A stretch of 63,712 nucleotides of DNA, the filler included, from Pelomyxa schiedti (Eukaryota > Protista > Evosea): NCBI GenBank assembly GCA_020536535.1. It is 9 parts of 9 records of this genome, joined end to end, with 100 filler letters (N's around TTAATTAATTAA, not from the genome) between each part and the next. Parts side by side here need not be neighbours in the genome. Positions count along the whole stretch, not along the records: positions 31,999 to 46,834 come from JAHLWZ010001163.1; positions 46,935 to 48,874 come from JAHLWZ010002204.1; positions 48,975 to 50,050 come from JAHLWZ010002880.1; positions 50,151 to 51,227 come from JAHLWZ010002878.1; positions 51,328 to 63,712 come from JAHLWZ010001216.1; 4 more parts are not named here. One strand, given 5' to 3'. The notes under the pieces were generated by a model. It was not told where the DNA came from. It saw only the letters and a program-made list of their open reading frames with translations, and ran no database searches. Below, piece after piece: positions 39,645-52,061 of this stretch; position 1 is the stretch's first letter, and every line of letters begins with the position of its first letter. The position numbers and the translations under genes were made by a program.

Positions 39645-42177
39645 ATGGAGGTTTATGTCAAGATGTGGACGGAGGAAACGGTCATACTCGAGCTTGCGGG
39701 GCCAGGGGTCTCCATTGAACACGTCAAACAAGCAATAGAAGGCAGCACTACCACCACTGTTACAATTCTAACAACCGCCAAGACAAAGAAGGCATACCGC
39801 CGCACAGACAAACCCTCATATATGTAGGGAGACAGATGGAGTGCGGTAGAACACTGGGTGACTACAACGTACAGCGTGGCTCTACAATTCATCTCCTACT
39901 TCGGCACAACGGTCTTTTCGGTGCTTTTGTGCGTTTCGAACTACCTGGTGGAGAAAAGAAAAGGTTTTTCTGGGAGTCCGTCAAACGTGACCTCAAGGTT
40001 TTCTTCTTTTCCCAACTCTCCCGAATAAAATAAAAAGGTTAAAGACCTGGTTTCTGAGTGTGCAAAAAGAGTGCACATAGTATATCGGGCAGAAATCAAG
40101 GGGAAAATAGCCTCTGACGAAGACTTGATTACAGATGACCATTTTCATCATAGTGCCCTTAGGGTCAAACTTAAGGACATTGAATCAGAACAGCAAACTC
40201 AAAAAATATCAACCCTGGAACAAGAACTCAATCAAATTAAAAAGCAATACCAGAACCTACAAGTACAGGTAGAGTACCTGCACCAACAGTCAATTGAGTT
40301 GCAATCCCAAGTTGATAAAAAGACTGAGGAGGTGCACAACACGGCAACCCACATCACCCAACTTTCAGAACAACTCCAACAACAAGTAGACGTCAACCTA
40401 CAGCTGAAAAGGCAGATTGCAAAACAGAACAACAACAGAGAACAAAGGAAGGAAGGGGAATTTTCAATTCTTTTAGAGGAGTTAGCTCACTGTACGTAAA
40501 AAGAAGTATATTTTCTCACATTGAAATCCAATTTAAGATAAAGAGACATCCAATTACCACAAATTGAAAGCCAAGACAGGTTGTTGTTAATTCTTGTTCT
40601 TTTGTCTCTAATGATACAATTAAGCCCAAGAAGAAGTGGCCATGTTGAAAATAGAAGTACACGAAGGTTTCCCTATTCTCTATTCTTCTCCCCATCAACA
40701 AAATGCAACTTCAAATGCAGAGCACCACAGGAGATCTATTGAAAGAGCTTCAAGAATGGAGGAAAAATTTGGCACATTCAAAAAAGGGAGAATGTCACTG
40801 ATTGAACTGAATAACCTAAGTCTTCAAGACGCTGTTGTTCTTGGGAATGGGGGATATGGGAGTGTGAGTAGGGTGAGCGTAACTGACTCCACAACAACTG
40901 ATGATAGTAGTTTTCATGAAGCTATTCCCAAAAGGGTTGCCCTGAAGATGATGTTCAACTACAGGGCAAGGAGCAGCAGTACCCAGAAGTCTGAGTTTGA
41001 CAGAGAGTATGAAGTTGCACTTCTGTACCCTCACTGGTCTATGACAAATGTCTACAATTACTTTCGCGGGGACATCCAGACTTGCCTACTGCCAAAGGAG
41101 ATGCTTGGTACGTGTGCCCTAATTGACGAAAACGAAAACTGGGTGTCAGGATGTGATGATGAGAGGCGTGCCATCCCAATGTACAAGAGGACCACCTTCA
41201 TGACGATGGAGCTTGGCACAGGAAGCTTGGAATCTTTTATATCAAAGAAATTTGGGAGGAGCCCTTCTGCCCAAGAAAGCAACCCCTTACTTGATGACAG
41301 TGGTGGCACAGTAAGCACTAATAGCAGTAGCAGAAGAACCATAATGCAACTTGGGTTTTGCCTACTCAGTGCCATTGATAACATCAACTCTCACAACTGG
41401 TTCCACTGTGACATAAAGACAGACAACATCTTGTCAATGGAGAGGGAAGGAATAAGAGGTAGCATGTGGGTGCTCTGCGACCTGGGTACTGCCATTTACT
41501 CGTCATCACCATCAGCATCATTCTCAGTGCCAAAAGGCGAGTTCATTTCGGGAAACCCAGCAAACCGCTCACCAGAGGTTACCAGGCCACATTCTCAAGG
41601 ATCAAAGCTGATCCTGCCTTTGGAGAAGAATGACGTGTGGGCCACTGGCTGTGTTTTGTATGAGGCCATAAGTGGTGTCCACCCCTTCTTGAAGTCCAAC
41701 ATCTTGGATGTAAACAACATGTGCAACACCTCACAGCCTCCCGTAATCCCACCACTGCAACCTCAACCTCCACACAGGGGTGCTTACCCAGAGTGGTACG
41801 CACCAGCTGCTTCTCTCACTGCACACTTGCTTGAGAGAGACCCCAAGGCAAGGCCTAATTCCACACAAGCCATGCTTATATGTGGTGCTTTGATGTTCAT
41901 GCCTGAGCAGGCTGACCCAGCAGAATTCTACAGCAACCAAGACAGTGTAAAGGATGTGCTTATTGGAATACTAGAGGAGAACTTGTCAACCATCACCAGC
42001 ATGGCAAGCACCACCTCAACTAGTGCAAAAAATAGCGCTCATGAAGCTGTGACAGAGGTGGAAGTTACCCAGTTCTACTGCCTTGTGTTCACCAACCTTG
42101 CTTTGAAGCACCTCACATTGTTTTGCAAGACCATGAGCTCATTCTGTGCTGCCAGGGCATCGAGGTATGTACCATAA
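39645..42177 (+). CDS. Ubiquitin-like domain + coiled coil + PINK1-like Ser/Thr kinase
   Basis: The spliced Ubl reads MEVYVK...VKQAIE|[44 protein letters not shown]-rich coil follows. The kinase has [40 protein letters not shown] and DVWATG. Confidence 0.85.
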
Positions 42178-42381
42178 AACAAAGGCAGGTGGCAGTTGAA
42201 TACAACAAATTTCTTTTTTGGGCCCAGTGTTGTGGCCAATCCACTGAACAGCCTCACCGGTGTCAATCTACCTCTAAACTACACCCGCTTCACAATTGAC
42301 TTCAGATTGTGGCTCTGAAAACCCTGGTCCGACTCCAGGCACCCACATAATTTTTTTTTGTTGTACATATGTTTATGTTGG

Positions 42382-42872
42382 TTACTCTGTTGGCATCCGG
42401 AATGAAATTATGTGCCTGTATCCCAATGGTTTCTGACATATGACAATGACATTGTGGCCCTCAGCAAACTCCTTTATGATGTCCTCTCCCACTTGACCTT
42501 CTGGTAGGCCAACCTGCTTCACATTACATTTGTCCGTGACAATTGTGCACATTTTTCTCTCTACGTCCACATCAATAAGGTCCTCCTCTATCCTCGGCAG
42601 TGCATCCTTGTCCCTTCATGATCAGCACAACATAAGATAGAGGAGGGGGAAACAAAAACCAGTTGGTACGTTGCGGTGTGGTTTTCCTTATAGGTATGTT
42701 GGCCATCCATCAAATCAACACCCTCAATCCCCACAGGAAGACGAAACATGCGGCTGGCCCTGGCACCCCCGGTTCTCGTTGCATTGGTGCAACTAGTCAC
42801 TTGGCACAGGTGACCCTTGAGCATGACAAAGAACCCGTTCCTCACATCGCGGCACGTGATTTTCTCCATCAT
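42382..42872 (-). CDS. Divergent eIF5A paralogue (one predicted intron)
   Basis: CRDVRNGFFVMLKGHLCQV, VGIEGVDLMDG, EEDLIDVD and LPEGQVGEDIIKEFAEGHNVIV align with the eIF5A N- and C-terminal domains. The KTGKHG loop is absent. Confidence 0.75.
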
Positions 42873-43015
42873 CGAGGCAGCAGCAAGTGCTCCACGTCCA
42901 AGCAGTTATGGGAGAACGAACACGAAACCACGGACGGTGGGGTTTCAACTCCTACGTTTGAAAAAAAATGGGTGGGCTGGGCATCAATCACTTCTGGTAA
43001 GGCGGAACAAAAGTT

Positions 43016-44718
43016 TTATGCTTTTGGTACAACAAAGTGGTTTGACTGGAATGTTGTGTGGTTGTTGGAATTGGATTTAGTCCATTGGTTCAGTAGTGCT
43101 CGTTGTTGTTGTTGTAGTGGTGGGTGTGTAGCAGGTCCTGTTGCTGTTTGTAAAAACCACTTAGAAATGGGTCTGTCACTGGATAAGGTAATACCGTATT
43201 TGACAAATAGACTCAAGAACAACCAATATAGTTGGTCGCTATGCAATTCAAGTAAGTGGTGAGAGTGACTCCATTAAGTCATCTTACCTTATTTGCAGTT
43301 TTCAAGCATGAGCTTATTACAGCGGCCAGGTCGGAGGGCCACGAGCGTGGTATTTGTGCATGCCTTCCACTAATAACAGCACTAATAACCTTGCTGGTCT
43401 TCGTATTTCCATAAGGCTTAGTTTCAGAGAATATCTCCAACAGGACAACTCCAAATGAGTGTCTGGGGAAGGTAAGTGAGGAAGGGGAAAGGGCAGAAAA
43501 TGCTAGGCACATACACATCAGATCCGATTGAGGCCGGTGATCCACTCAAGACCTCCGGGGCTGTATACCAGGCCGTCCCTTGAAAGGGTTCATCCATACT
43601 TACAGTGTCAACACCATCCTCGCAGGGAAGACAAGAACCCATGTCACCTAACTAATAAATCGAAAGTTAATGATAAGCTGATACTACACCCCACCTTGGC
43701 ATTCATATGCGCGTCCAGCATGATATTGTCGGGTTTGAGGTCTCTGGAGGAAAAAAAACGTCACAAGTTTCTTTCTTTTGTAAAAACTGGAAAACCTATG
43801 AACAATACGCAGGTCATGAAGGTACCTAAGCCCTTGTGCCTGTTTGGAAAGTAAGAGTTGCCAAGTTAAAAACAAAACAAACCACATCTTCAGAAATTTT
43901 AAGCTTTGTGGGGTAGGTAAGAGGCGGTACACATATGGAGGCCAGTTGACCAACTCGCTCAGATGGATACAGAACAAAGCTCAGGTCATATAGCATCCTC
44001 TCAAGTACGAGCATTATTTGAGGGGAGGTAGGACACTCCCCAATGGCTAGATTGGTAAAGGAAATCACGATTCAACCTGATAAACAAAAAGAGGATTATA
44101 CCAAGTAGGGTCACAAGGTTAGGGTGATCAAAGGACCTAATTGTTGTCAAGCACAAAAAAAATGAAGTGGAGTTACATCTGGGCCTCTTTTAGGGCCTTA
44201 TCTTTATCCTTTAAAACTTTGATTGCAACTGGTGCTCCATGAAAGGTTCCTTTTGGTTTTTAAAAGGAGAAGATTGAAGGGTTTGATTCATATTTTCATA
44301 CCTGAATAGACAGACCCAAACGAGCCCTCTCCAAGTACACTACTGAAATCACATGTTAGTGCGCCGCCATATGCAACTCGCGGTTTAGGAACGGCAACAG
44401 CTGATTCCTTTGAGTTTTCTACTTCTTGCAAATACACATATGCAGAACCCATCTCATCCTGGTATAGATAGTGGGACTGTGATAGAGCGGCCTGGGAATC
44501 TGATCGCTTTTGAAACTTTACAAGAACCATGTGTTCATTTTTCATCAGCTTGACTTGGCATCTGTTTGCTGTTAGGGTGCTTAGTTAGTGGTAACTCACA
44601 TATTGTGCGGTGAAAAGGCGGCTCGAAGGTGTTTCTTAATATCTTTGGTGAATCGGCATCGGCCTTCCAAGCCACACACAACCAAAAAACCGGCAGGGAT
44701 ACGTGCTACACAAGCCAT
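43016..44718 (-). CDS. TKL-family protein kinase with an RRM-like N-terminus (multi-exon)
   Basis: LGEGSFGSVYSG, VAIKVL, QGLRYLHDLRIVHR|DLKPDNIML, GTAWYTAPEV and SDVY|SFGVVLLEI. Confidence 0.85.
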
Positions 44719-45197
44719 ACTACTAAACATAAAGAATAAAAAAAAAGGGGTTTACTTATTTGCGGCACACGATTTGGGAAAAAAAAAAGCGCGAAAAAAA
44801 AAGTACAACCAACCCTTGCAAAACACAGGGATCTCACAGAGACTCGAACATTCTACGTCGTCGACATGCCCTCGTTGCGGTGCAACAATGCAGACTTCAT
44901 TGTTCGGCGAAAAGATGAAATTATCTTTGATTCACAACCAGTCCCCTCCAGGAATGTCACAGTGGGAAAACTACAAAACTATAAAACTACACTGAGTGTC
45001 AGAGTCACCAAACTGGAACTCTAAAGCGTTCCTCAGTCTATTCCCCAAGGCTCCCGATTTAGAGCTGTCATCACCTGACACCATATCCCTGCTCCACATA
45101 TTGTGGACTTATAAGCAGGAAAACCAACGGACTCCAAACTGCAAAAAAAAAAAACCAACTAAACAAACAATCTCACCACCAATACAACACAACCAAG

Positions 45198-45764
45198 ATG
45201 ACGGTTCTGGGTCAACTCCCACAGACCCCCAGTATGGAAAACAGGTACTGTGTCACATTTCCCTTATTTTTTCTAATTTTTGGTTCCCACAAAGGAAACA
45301 ACTACCACTTCATCCTCTGCTGCTGAGACCCCTATGCCAGACTACAGGCGTTTCAAGCGTATCGACAAGCTCTACAGCCGCCGTTTCAAGCGTATCAACA
45401 AGCTTCAGGTACAGACCAGCAGTTCCCTGGGCAGAGGCAAGTTGTCATACCCTCAGAATCAGAAGTACATCCTCCCCGTAAGAAAGGCAGGACAGCAATG
45501 GGCAAATCCCCTTCTCAATGCCATCCTCCCGTAGTGCCCAACAATAGGCAATCGCCCCCGTTGTTGTCGTACTACACCCAACAGACAATATCTATCGAAG
45601 AGCTGGTAGCTACGATGGACAAGCTGAATGAACCACTTCGAGTAAGGCTGGACACCCTCTCCCGCGAAGGCCGGGAAAGACACGCAGAGATGATGCGAAG
45701 GTTTCAGCAATTGGAGCAAAACATCACTGATCTTCTGGGTCTACTTCTATCTGACTCTGAGTGA
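45198..45764 (+). CDS. Small hypothetical protein with an internal RRFKRI(D/N)KL duplication and a coiled-coil end
   Basis: Exon-like ORFs are present, and cgtttcaagcgtatcRacaagct occurs twice at 45349-45404. Confidence 0.4.
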
Positions 45765-47156
45765 GCTTGAAGAATGTCCTTTGTTTAAAAAATCTTCTTC
45801 CTTCTGTTATCGCACATGCACCCGGATAAACGATAGGAGTCAGTACTTCTACTACGTGCGCGGCGATCTCGTCGTTGTTCGTGTGTTGTTGTGCCATTCA
45901 TGTACGAGGCAACTGCTGTTGTAGCAGCCCCCGACACCAACATCGTCAATGAAGTTTGTGCTTTTATTTGCCCCCAAAACTACGACCACACGATAACCCG
46001 ATTATGGGGCTGCGAGCACTGGACACCTCTGATATGGATATGGGCGTACTCACGCAACATACGAACTTCATTCACAGCTAATGGTTGAATTTTGTCATTA
46101 TAATTACATTAGTATTTTCTTTGAGGATACGGCTTGTGGTTCGTAAGTATGTATTACATTGACATGATAGTAGTAGTAACTCTGTAGTGCAGAGTTCATT
46201 GCGGTGCCGGACAATTATTAATCCCTCGAATTGGAACTTGGAACTGAAAGTAATTTTTCTCCTCTCCCCTTCTGTACAAACTCTCGGGCTATCACTTGAG
46301 CTCCATCAGTGAATTCTCGCAATGAAGCTTCTAAAATCAATTTCTCGGTGTTTTCTTCCACAGCAAAATCCAATTTGCTTCCAGACTTTTGTAGTCACCT
46401 AATGATTCCCCGCCATGTGCACATTCCAACCAAGTTATTATTCACTTCAGTAAGGATCACCTACATCTTGATGACATTTCCAAGGATTCTCCACAAATAA
46501 TAAATGCTCCACCCTGTAGTTCTGCGTTGTGATGCTCAACAGGGAAAGAAGCGGAACTCCAGGATACAGTACGTGGAAGTACCGCATACAAAATGGTGTG
46601 GCTATCCCACTCTTTTCCTCTGGTCAATAAGGCAAAAACATAAAAAATCTGGGTTTTTCCCAGAGAAAATTTTTACGAAGTGCCCGCCAAAAAAGGAGTC
46701 AAAAAAAAAAATAACAAAGTAATAATAACAGTGGGTCATCATCGTCCGTCGTGTTGGGATTGGGTTCGGGATCGCCGCATGCACAGTATTCATTCTTCCT
46801 GTCTGCATTGAGTTCTCTGCACCCGTGCAATTTGNNNNNNNNNNNNNNNNNNNNNNNNNNNNNNNNNNNNNNNNNNNNTTAATTAATTAANNNNNNNNNN
46901 NNNNNNNNNNNNNNNNNNNNNNNNNNNNNNNNNNATTCAGTGGACGCACAGCACAGCATCATGTGCCATTGAATTCCCAGAAGTTGTCCGACTTCTGAGG
47001 GTGCTCAGGGCCGACTCTGTGATTCCCTTTTTCGGGAAGTCATCACTTTCACATCATCCCCCTCTCGAACAAGCGTGTGTCCCCACACGCGTTACCCTCG
47101 TGGCAGACGAGTTCACAATTTCTTCAGGATGCCGCTGCTGCACTCATGTTGGTCTT

Positions 47157-47245
47157 GTAACTCTTTGTGGCGATAGGGTTCGTCGTCTTGGCGGCGTGTT
47201 TGTAACTCTTTGTGGCGATCGGGTTCGTTGTATTGTCGGCGTGTC
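47157..47245. repeat. Two-copy 45-bp direct repeat
   Basis: gtaactctttgtggcgat(a/c)gggttcgt...ggcgtgt is repeated in tandem. Confidence 0.7.
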
Positions 47246-48974
47246 ATCACCGCTGATGTCTTCTGCGAAGCGCCCGTAACGTCGTTGCTATCGCATCTTG
47301 TCGTTCCGCAACGTTACACACTCTGCTCCGACTCATTGGTATTTCGTCTCCTTGTTGTTCCCTCTCATGGGCTTTTGCATTATCTTGGTTTACCTTGCTC
47401 TTGTGAATAATTTCCTTTGCTGGTTCTCACTCTTTATCTCCGTGTATTGCTGTGAGTTGTTTCTAAAGTGGTTTTGTTCCTTTACTCATTTTGCTTCCTG
47501 CCTTTGACCGCTTCCTCCACAGAGATGTCATCTGGGGCACCAGCGCCATCAGCTGTAATGGTAATGGCGGACTTTGTTCACCATTCATCTTGCTCACTTC
47601 AATTACAGTAATTCAGTGTCTCTTGACTCAAAAATGCACTGGCACCTCCCCCTCTTTGTATTGCCTGTCCCCAGGCAATCACTCCTGATGTAATCCTACT
47701 ATTGGCAGCACAATGTCCGCATTCCATGCTTCTGGTGCAGCTGATAATGCAGTAACTCTGCAGTCTCCTGTAGTGTCAGGTTCGTTTCAGAGGCTGGTCT
47801 TTCACTTTGTGCAGGTATGGGATCAAGCCTTTGCATGAATCTCAATTAAAAATCAGGATGACTGTATGCTGTTCAAGGCAAAATTCGTTGCAGCAAATAG
47901 TGATGGAGAATACTCAACAAACTTCATTGTACTTAGTTACTGGGCACTGGTTGTGCAGACACTCTTCCTTCTCACAATAATGATACTGCAGGATGTCCGC
48001 TGATAGTGGCAGAAGTATTTTCGTGATGACTTGCCAGCATTTAAGATCAGCTCTTGTTTTGCTGTGTATTTCCTTTCCCCAACATTCAAGAGGATCCCAT
48101 GTGTTCCATGCAGGCTTGTCAGGTGGTATACTCCTGAGGATCAGTCTCCTCTGCATCTGAGTGCTTACTGATTTTGCATGATCTCCTCCAAACCAGGTTT
48201 CCTTCTTTCACTCCAGAAAACAAAGGTAAATCACTGATTGGCTCTTAGGTGCTTCGCTGAAATTCGTCTTGATTTGAGCTCAATACAATTCACTTTTTGT
48301 TGCACTCATGCCATGAACGCTGATGTATGCATGATTTTCTAATTTCCACACTAATCCCATTTCAAGATGTATTGGTGCCAAAAATGTTTGCTTCGCTGCC
48401 AGGAATATCCCCAATCACCTGAACGAGATTCCACAGTATGGTTGGGTGGCTGAGCTGTTTCCATCCCTGGAGAGCTCATTTATTCTCGTTGATTCTGACT
48501 TTTAGATGAAGTACAATTAGTTGGTAGAATGCCTTTCATGCACCTTTGCACTTAGTCACCAACAGGTCTACTACACCCCTGAACTCCCATCCAACAAATC
48601 CTGTTACCTGAGCATGAAGACACTCAGCTTTAAGATTGCTCCATGGTTTCCCGCAGTTCCCAAGAATTAGAGCCTTTGAGCAACACCTTTGCCCCAGGAG
48701 AACCCCCCAGTGCTCATTGCATGCTCAGGTATGTCAATTCTTCCTCAACTACGATCTCATCACTCCTAAGATAATCAGCCTTGCATCGCCACATGAATTT
48801 CCTCTTGTTGTAATTAGCAACAGCACTTTGCCATTTTCTGCGGGAGTATTGGGTGTACAGAGGAACTGCAACATNNNNNNNNNNNNNNNNNNNNNNNNNN
48901 NNNNNNNNNNNNNNNNNNTTAATTAATTAANNNNNNNNNNNNNNNNNNNNNNNNNNNNNNNNNNNNNNNNNNNN

Positions 48975-49470
48975 AAACTAATCATACCATGAGGTTTTGC
49001 AGCGCTTTTGACTTTAATGATTCCATCTTGGCTTCAATCTTTCTATCCAAATGTTCTTTTATTTCTGCCAAGGACTGCTCAATCTCCGCAGTGACAGCTG
49101 TTGTGCTCTACATTTCAAACACGGTTTTATCAATAAAAGAAACATTATGGTGGTGAACCTTCTCAGCCTCAAAAGCCATGGCATCCAAGTTGGCAAAGGC
49201 TCCCAATACTGCCTGCCTTGCCACTCCATATTCATGATTATGGGAGAAGCAGGGCCCAACACCGACATGTGGCCCAACTTGGTTTTGCTGTGCCACGACG
49301 CGCGGCCTTTTTGCGCATGGCCGTCCTTGTTGCTGCTGTTGTTGTTGCCTTGCAGCAACACTCTTCTTCTTCTTCCTTTGTTGCGGGGTGCTGCTACCTT
49401 GCTCCGGATCATCATTGTGCATTTCTGTCAAACATTCAAACATCATTCGTTCAATTCTGATGAAATCCAA
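48975..49470 (-). CDS. 5' part of a paralogue of the coiled-coil/F-box gene at 28.9-30.2 kb
   Basis: Shared pattern: poly-Q, ...AEK|intron, VTAEI...DRK...NLM|gt. Confidence 0.55.
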
Positions 49471-50150
49471 ATTCCCCTAAGTGAGATCAATCCTGAAATG
49501 GCACAAGGACCACAACAAAGAGGCTGTCAATTCTCCCCATCCACACAGCATCAGCCAAGTTTGCTTTGCCATTGAAACTATGTCTTCCCAATGTGTTGTT
49601 CTTGCCACTACTAGAAACCCAACCCTTATTGTTTACTAATTAAATATTTACATTGCTAAACACCAACGTTTTGTTTTCCTTTTGTAAAGTTTTGTATGAG
49701 TGAATGAAACAAATAGTTGAGGCTGTGACAGCAGCCCAGTGGGAAAGAAAAGGTTAGTGACGCTGTGGTGGAAAATTGATTTTAATGCAGTTTCCGGCAG
49801 ATAAAAGCTTCAAAGGTATTATTATTACTATTCAGTGTCCATTCTCTCAGCACCATCATAGGAGCCTGCATCCTCTACCACCTTTTCAGGGTCATATTTT
49901 TCAAGCAACCGTGTTGCCAGTGAAACAATAGTTGTGCATTGATGGCTCTGCAGATCAGACACAGATTCTGCAAGGCTGTCATAACTTGCCCACAGCTTGT
50001 TTGGTGATCCTCTGTCTGTCGCAAGAATTCTTTGAAGTGCCTGCCGCTTTNNNNNNNNNNNNNNNNNNNNNNNNNNNNNNNNNNNNNNNNNNNNTTAATT
50101 AATTAANNNNNNNNNNNNNNNNNNNNNNNNNNNNNNNNNNNNNNNNNNNN

Positions 50151-51227
50151 AGCCAGGTGTGAATCCATCGGTATCAGAAATCAATCGACCAATCAAGAAT
50201 CAAGAGGTAGAATCTTCTCTACCGCAAGTGAAATCAGAGAAGGTAGAAGAGAAGCCACCCGCGATTCATCAAAAGCAATCAGAAAATCCCATATCAGAGT
50301 CAGATAAGCGCAACATAGAGCTTATCAAGTACCTCGATTTGTCTCATTTAGAAAAGAAAGACAGTCAACGAGTACGGAAATGGCTTCTGAACAATCTTGG
50401 TGTCATAAGTGACGGCGTTACTACCGGGAAAACAAGCTTGGTGAAGAATGATATCGATACAGGCGATGCTGAGCCAGTGGCTGGTGTAATGTACAGAAGA
50501 TCACCTATGGCTCATGAGTTGATTGAACAAGAAGTTCAGAAGAACCTCAAAGCCGGAATCAGCAAACCATCAAATACACCATAGGCAGCTCCAGTTGTAT
50601 TACAGAAGAAGCCTGATGGAAGTATTAGATTTCGTATTGATTACAGGAAACTGAATGAAGTTACCAAGAAAGTGGCGTTTCCAATGCCACGCATTGATGA
50701 CACTTTAGAGAATCTTGGAGCATGTGATTGGTACTGGAATCGATTTGAAAAGTGGATATTGGCAGGTTGGAATGACCGATGCAGCAAAAGACAGAAGCGG
50801 TTTCCGAACCAGAAGTTGCCTTTATCAATTTAAGGTGATGCCATTTGGGCTCGTGAACGCTCCTGCAACATTTCAAAGGTTGATGAACATCGTGTTGAGC
50901 GGTGTATCACCCTTAACAGCGATGGTATATCTTGATGATATTATCGTGTTCACCAAAGGCAATTTGAAAGAACATCTAGTAGCCGTAGATAAGGTTTTGA
51001 GTGTTTGAGAAAGGCAGGTTTACAAGTAACCATTGCCAAATGCCAGTTTGCGAAGAAGAAACTTAGATATCTTGATAGACATATCATCTCTAGTACAGGA
51101 ACTGAAGCAGTATGAGATCTCGCTCCACCAAAGAATGTGAGAGAAGTTCGTAGCTTCTTAGGTCTCATTGGCTATTATCGACATTTACACCATCAAGCCC
51201 ATTTCCCTTAACCACGTAACACAAGAG
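50151..51227 (+). mobile_element. Decayed Ty3/gypsy pol fragment (reverse transcriptase)
   Basis: [57 protein letters not shown] and VYLDDII, with in-frame stops and frameshifts. Confidence 0.92.
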
Positions 51228-52061
51228 NNNNNNNNNNNNNNNNNNNNNNNNNNNNNNNNNNNNNNNNNNNNTTAATTAATTAANNNNNNNNNNNNNNNNN
51301 NNNNNNNNNNNNNNNNNNNNNNNNNNNGGATTGAATCAAAGATTGAAGAAACCTAACTTCCTCTTGATGTGCCCTGGTATGAGCATCAATATCATTCTTA
51401 TGAGCATCCAAGGTGCGTTTCTTCTCATCTTGCAGATCTTTGATCCTGAAAAAAGTTACATGTGCAGTAAATTAGAGATCACACATTTGTTGCTGAGTTT
51501 CAATCTGTTGTTTCATGATAGAAATCAGCTGGGAATGTGCTTCATCAATGTTGGCCAGCTCCTTGTCATGTGCTTCAATTGTCTTGGTCAGAAGGTGGTC
51601 AAACTGAGTTCGTTGTGTAGCCATTGCAATGTCATGTGTGTCTTGAAGGCTTTGTGTAACTTTTCGGGCATCAGCAAGCTGTGCTTTCAACATTGTGATT
51701 TGATCTTGAAGTGCCCCCTGTTTTGTGTTAGAAAATAATGGAAGGAGACGAAGGGAATTAAATACAGTTGCTAGGACTGTTGACTGCTGGAGACTATTCA
51801 TTGTAGAGTGCACTAACTTAGTAGACAAACCTGGAACTGATTTCACAGGAGAACTCTGAAGCTTCAATGCTGGCTTCTTGTGGGTTGCAATTACAACAAC
51901 AACACCAGGGAAACTAGATAGCCCCGGGTAGGCGGCGTGGCAATGTTGTCTAGACACTGGTGTTGGAAAAGAAAAAGTTTGATAAGACTCTTGTTGCCAT
52001 TTGAGTTGTGTGTGTGATAGTGTCTACCAAGAAGAATTATTTTTGTTATTATTCCTATTTA

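Noticed and set aside
42588-42590. Stop-codon readthrough or recoding in the eIF5A-like gene
   Set aside because: The downstream half is in a different frame and a gt...ag intron joins the two halves.
49108-49110. In-frame TAG suggesting an alternative genetic code
   Set aside because: The TAG coincides with a predicted intron acceptor at the same position as in the paralogue.
27139-51327. Regularly recurring TTAATTAATTAA as a biological repeat or CRISPR-like array
   Set aside because: It is always centred in 100-nt N blocks and has stops in six frames, so it is an assembly linker.
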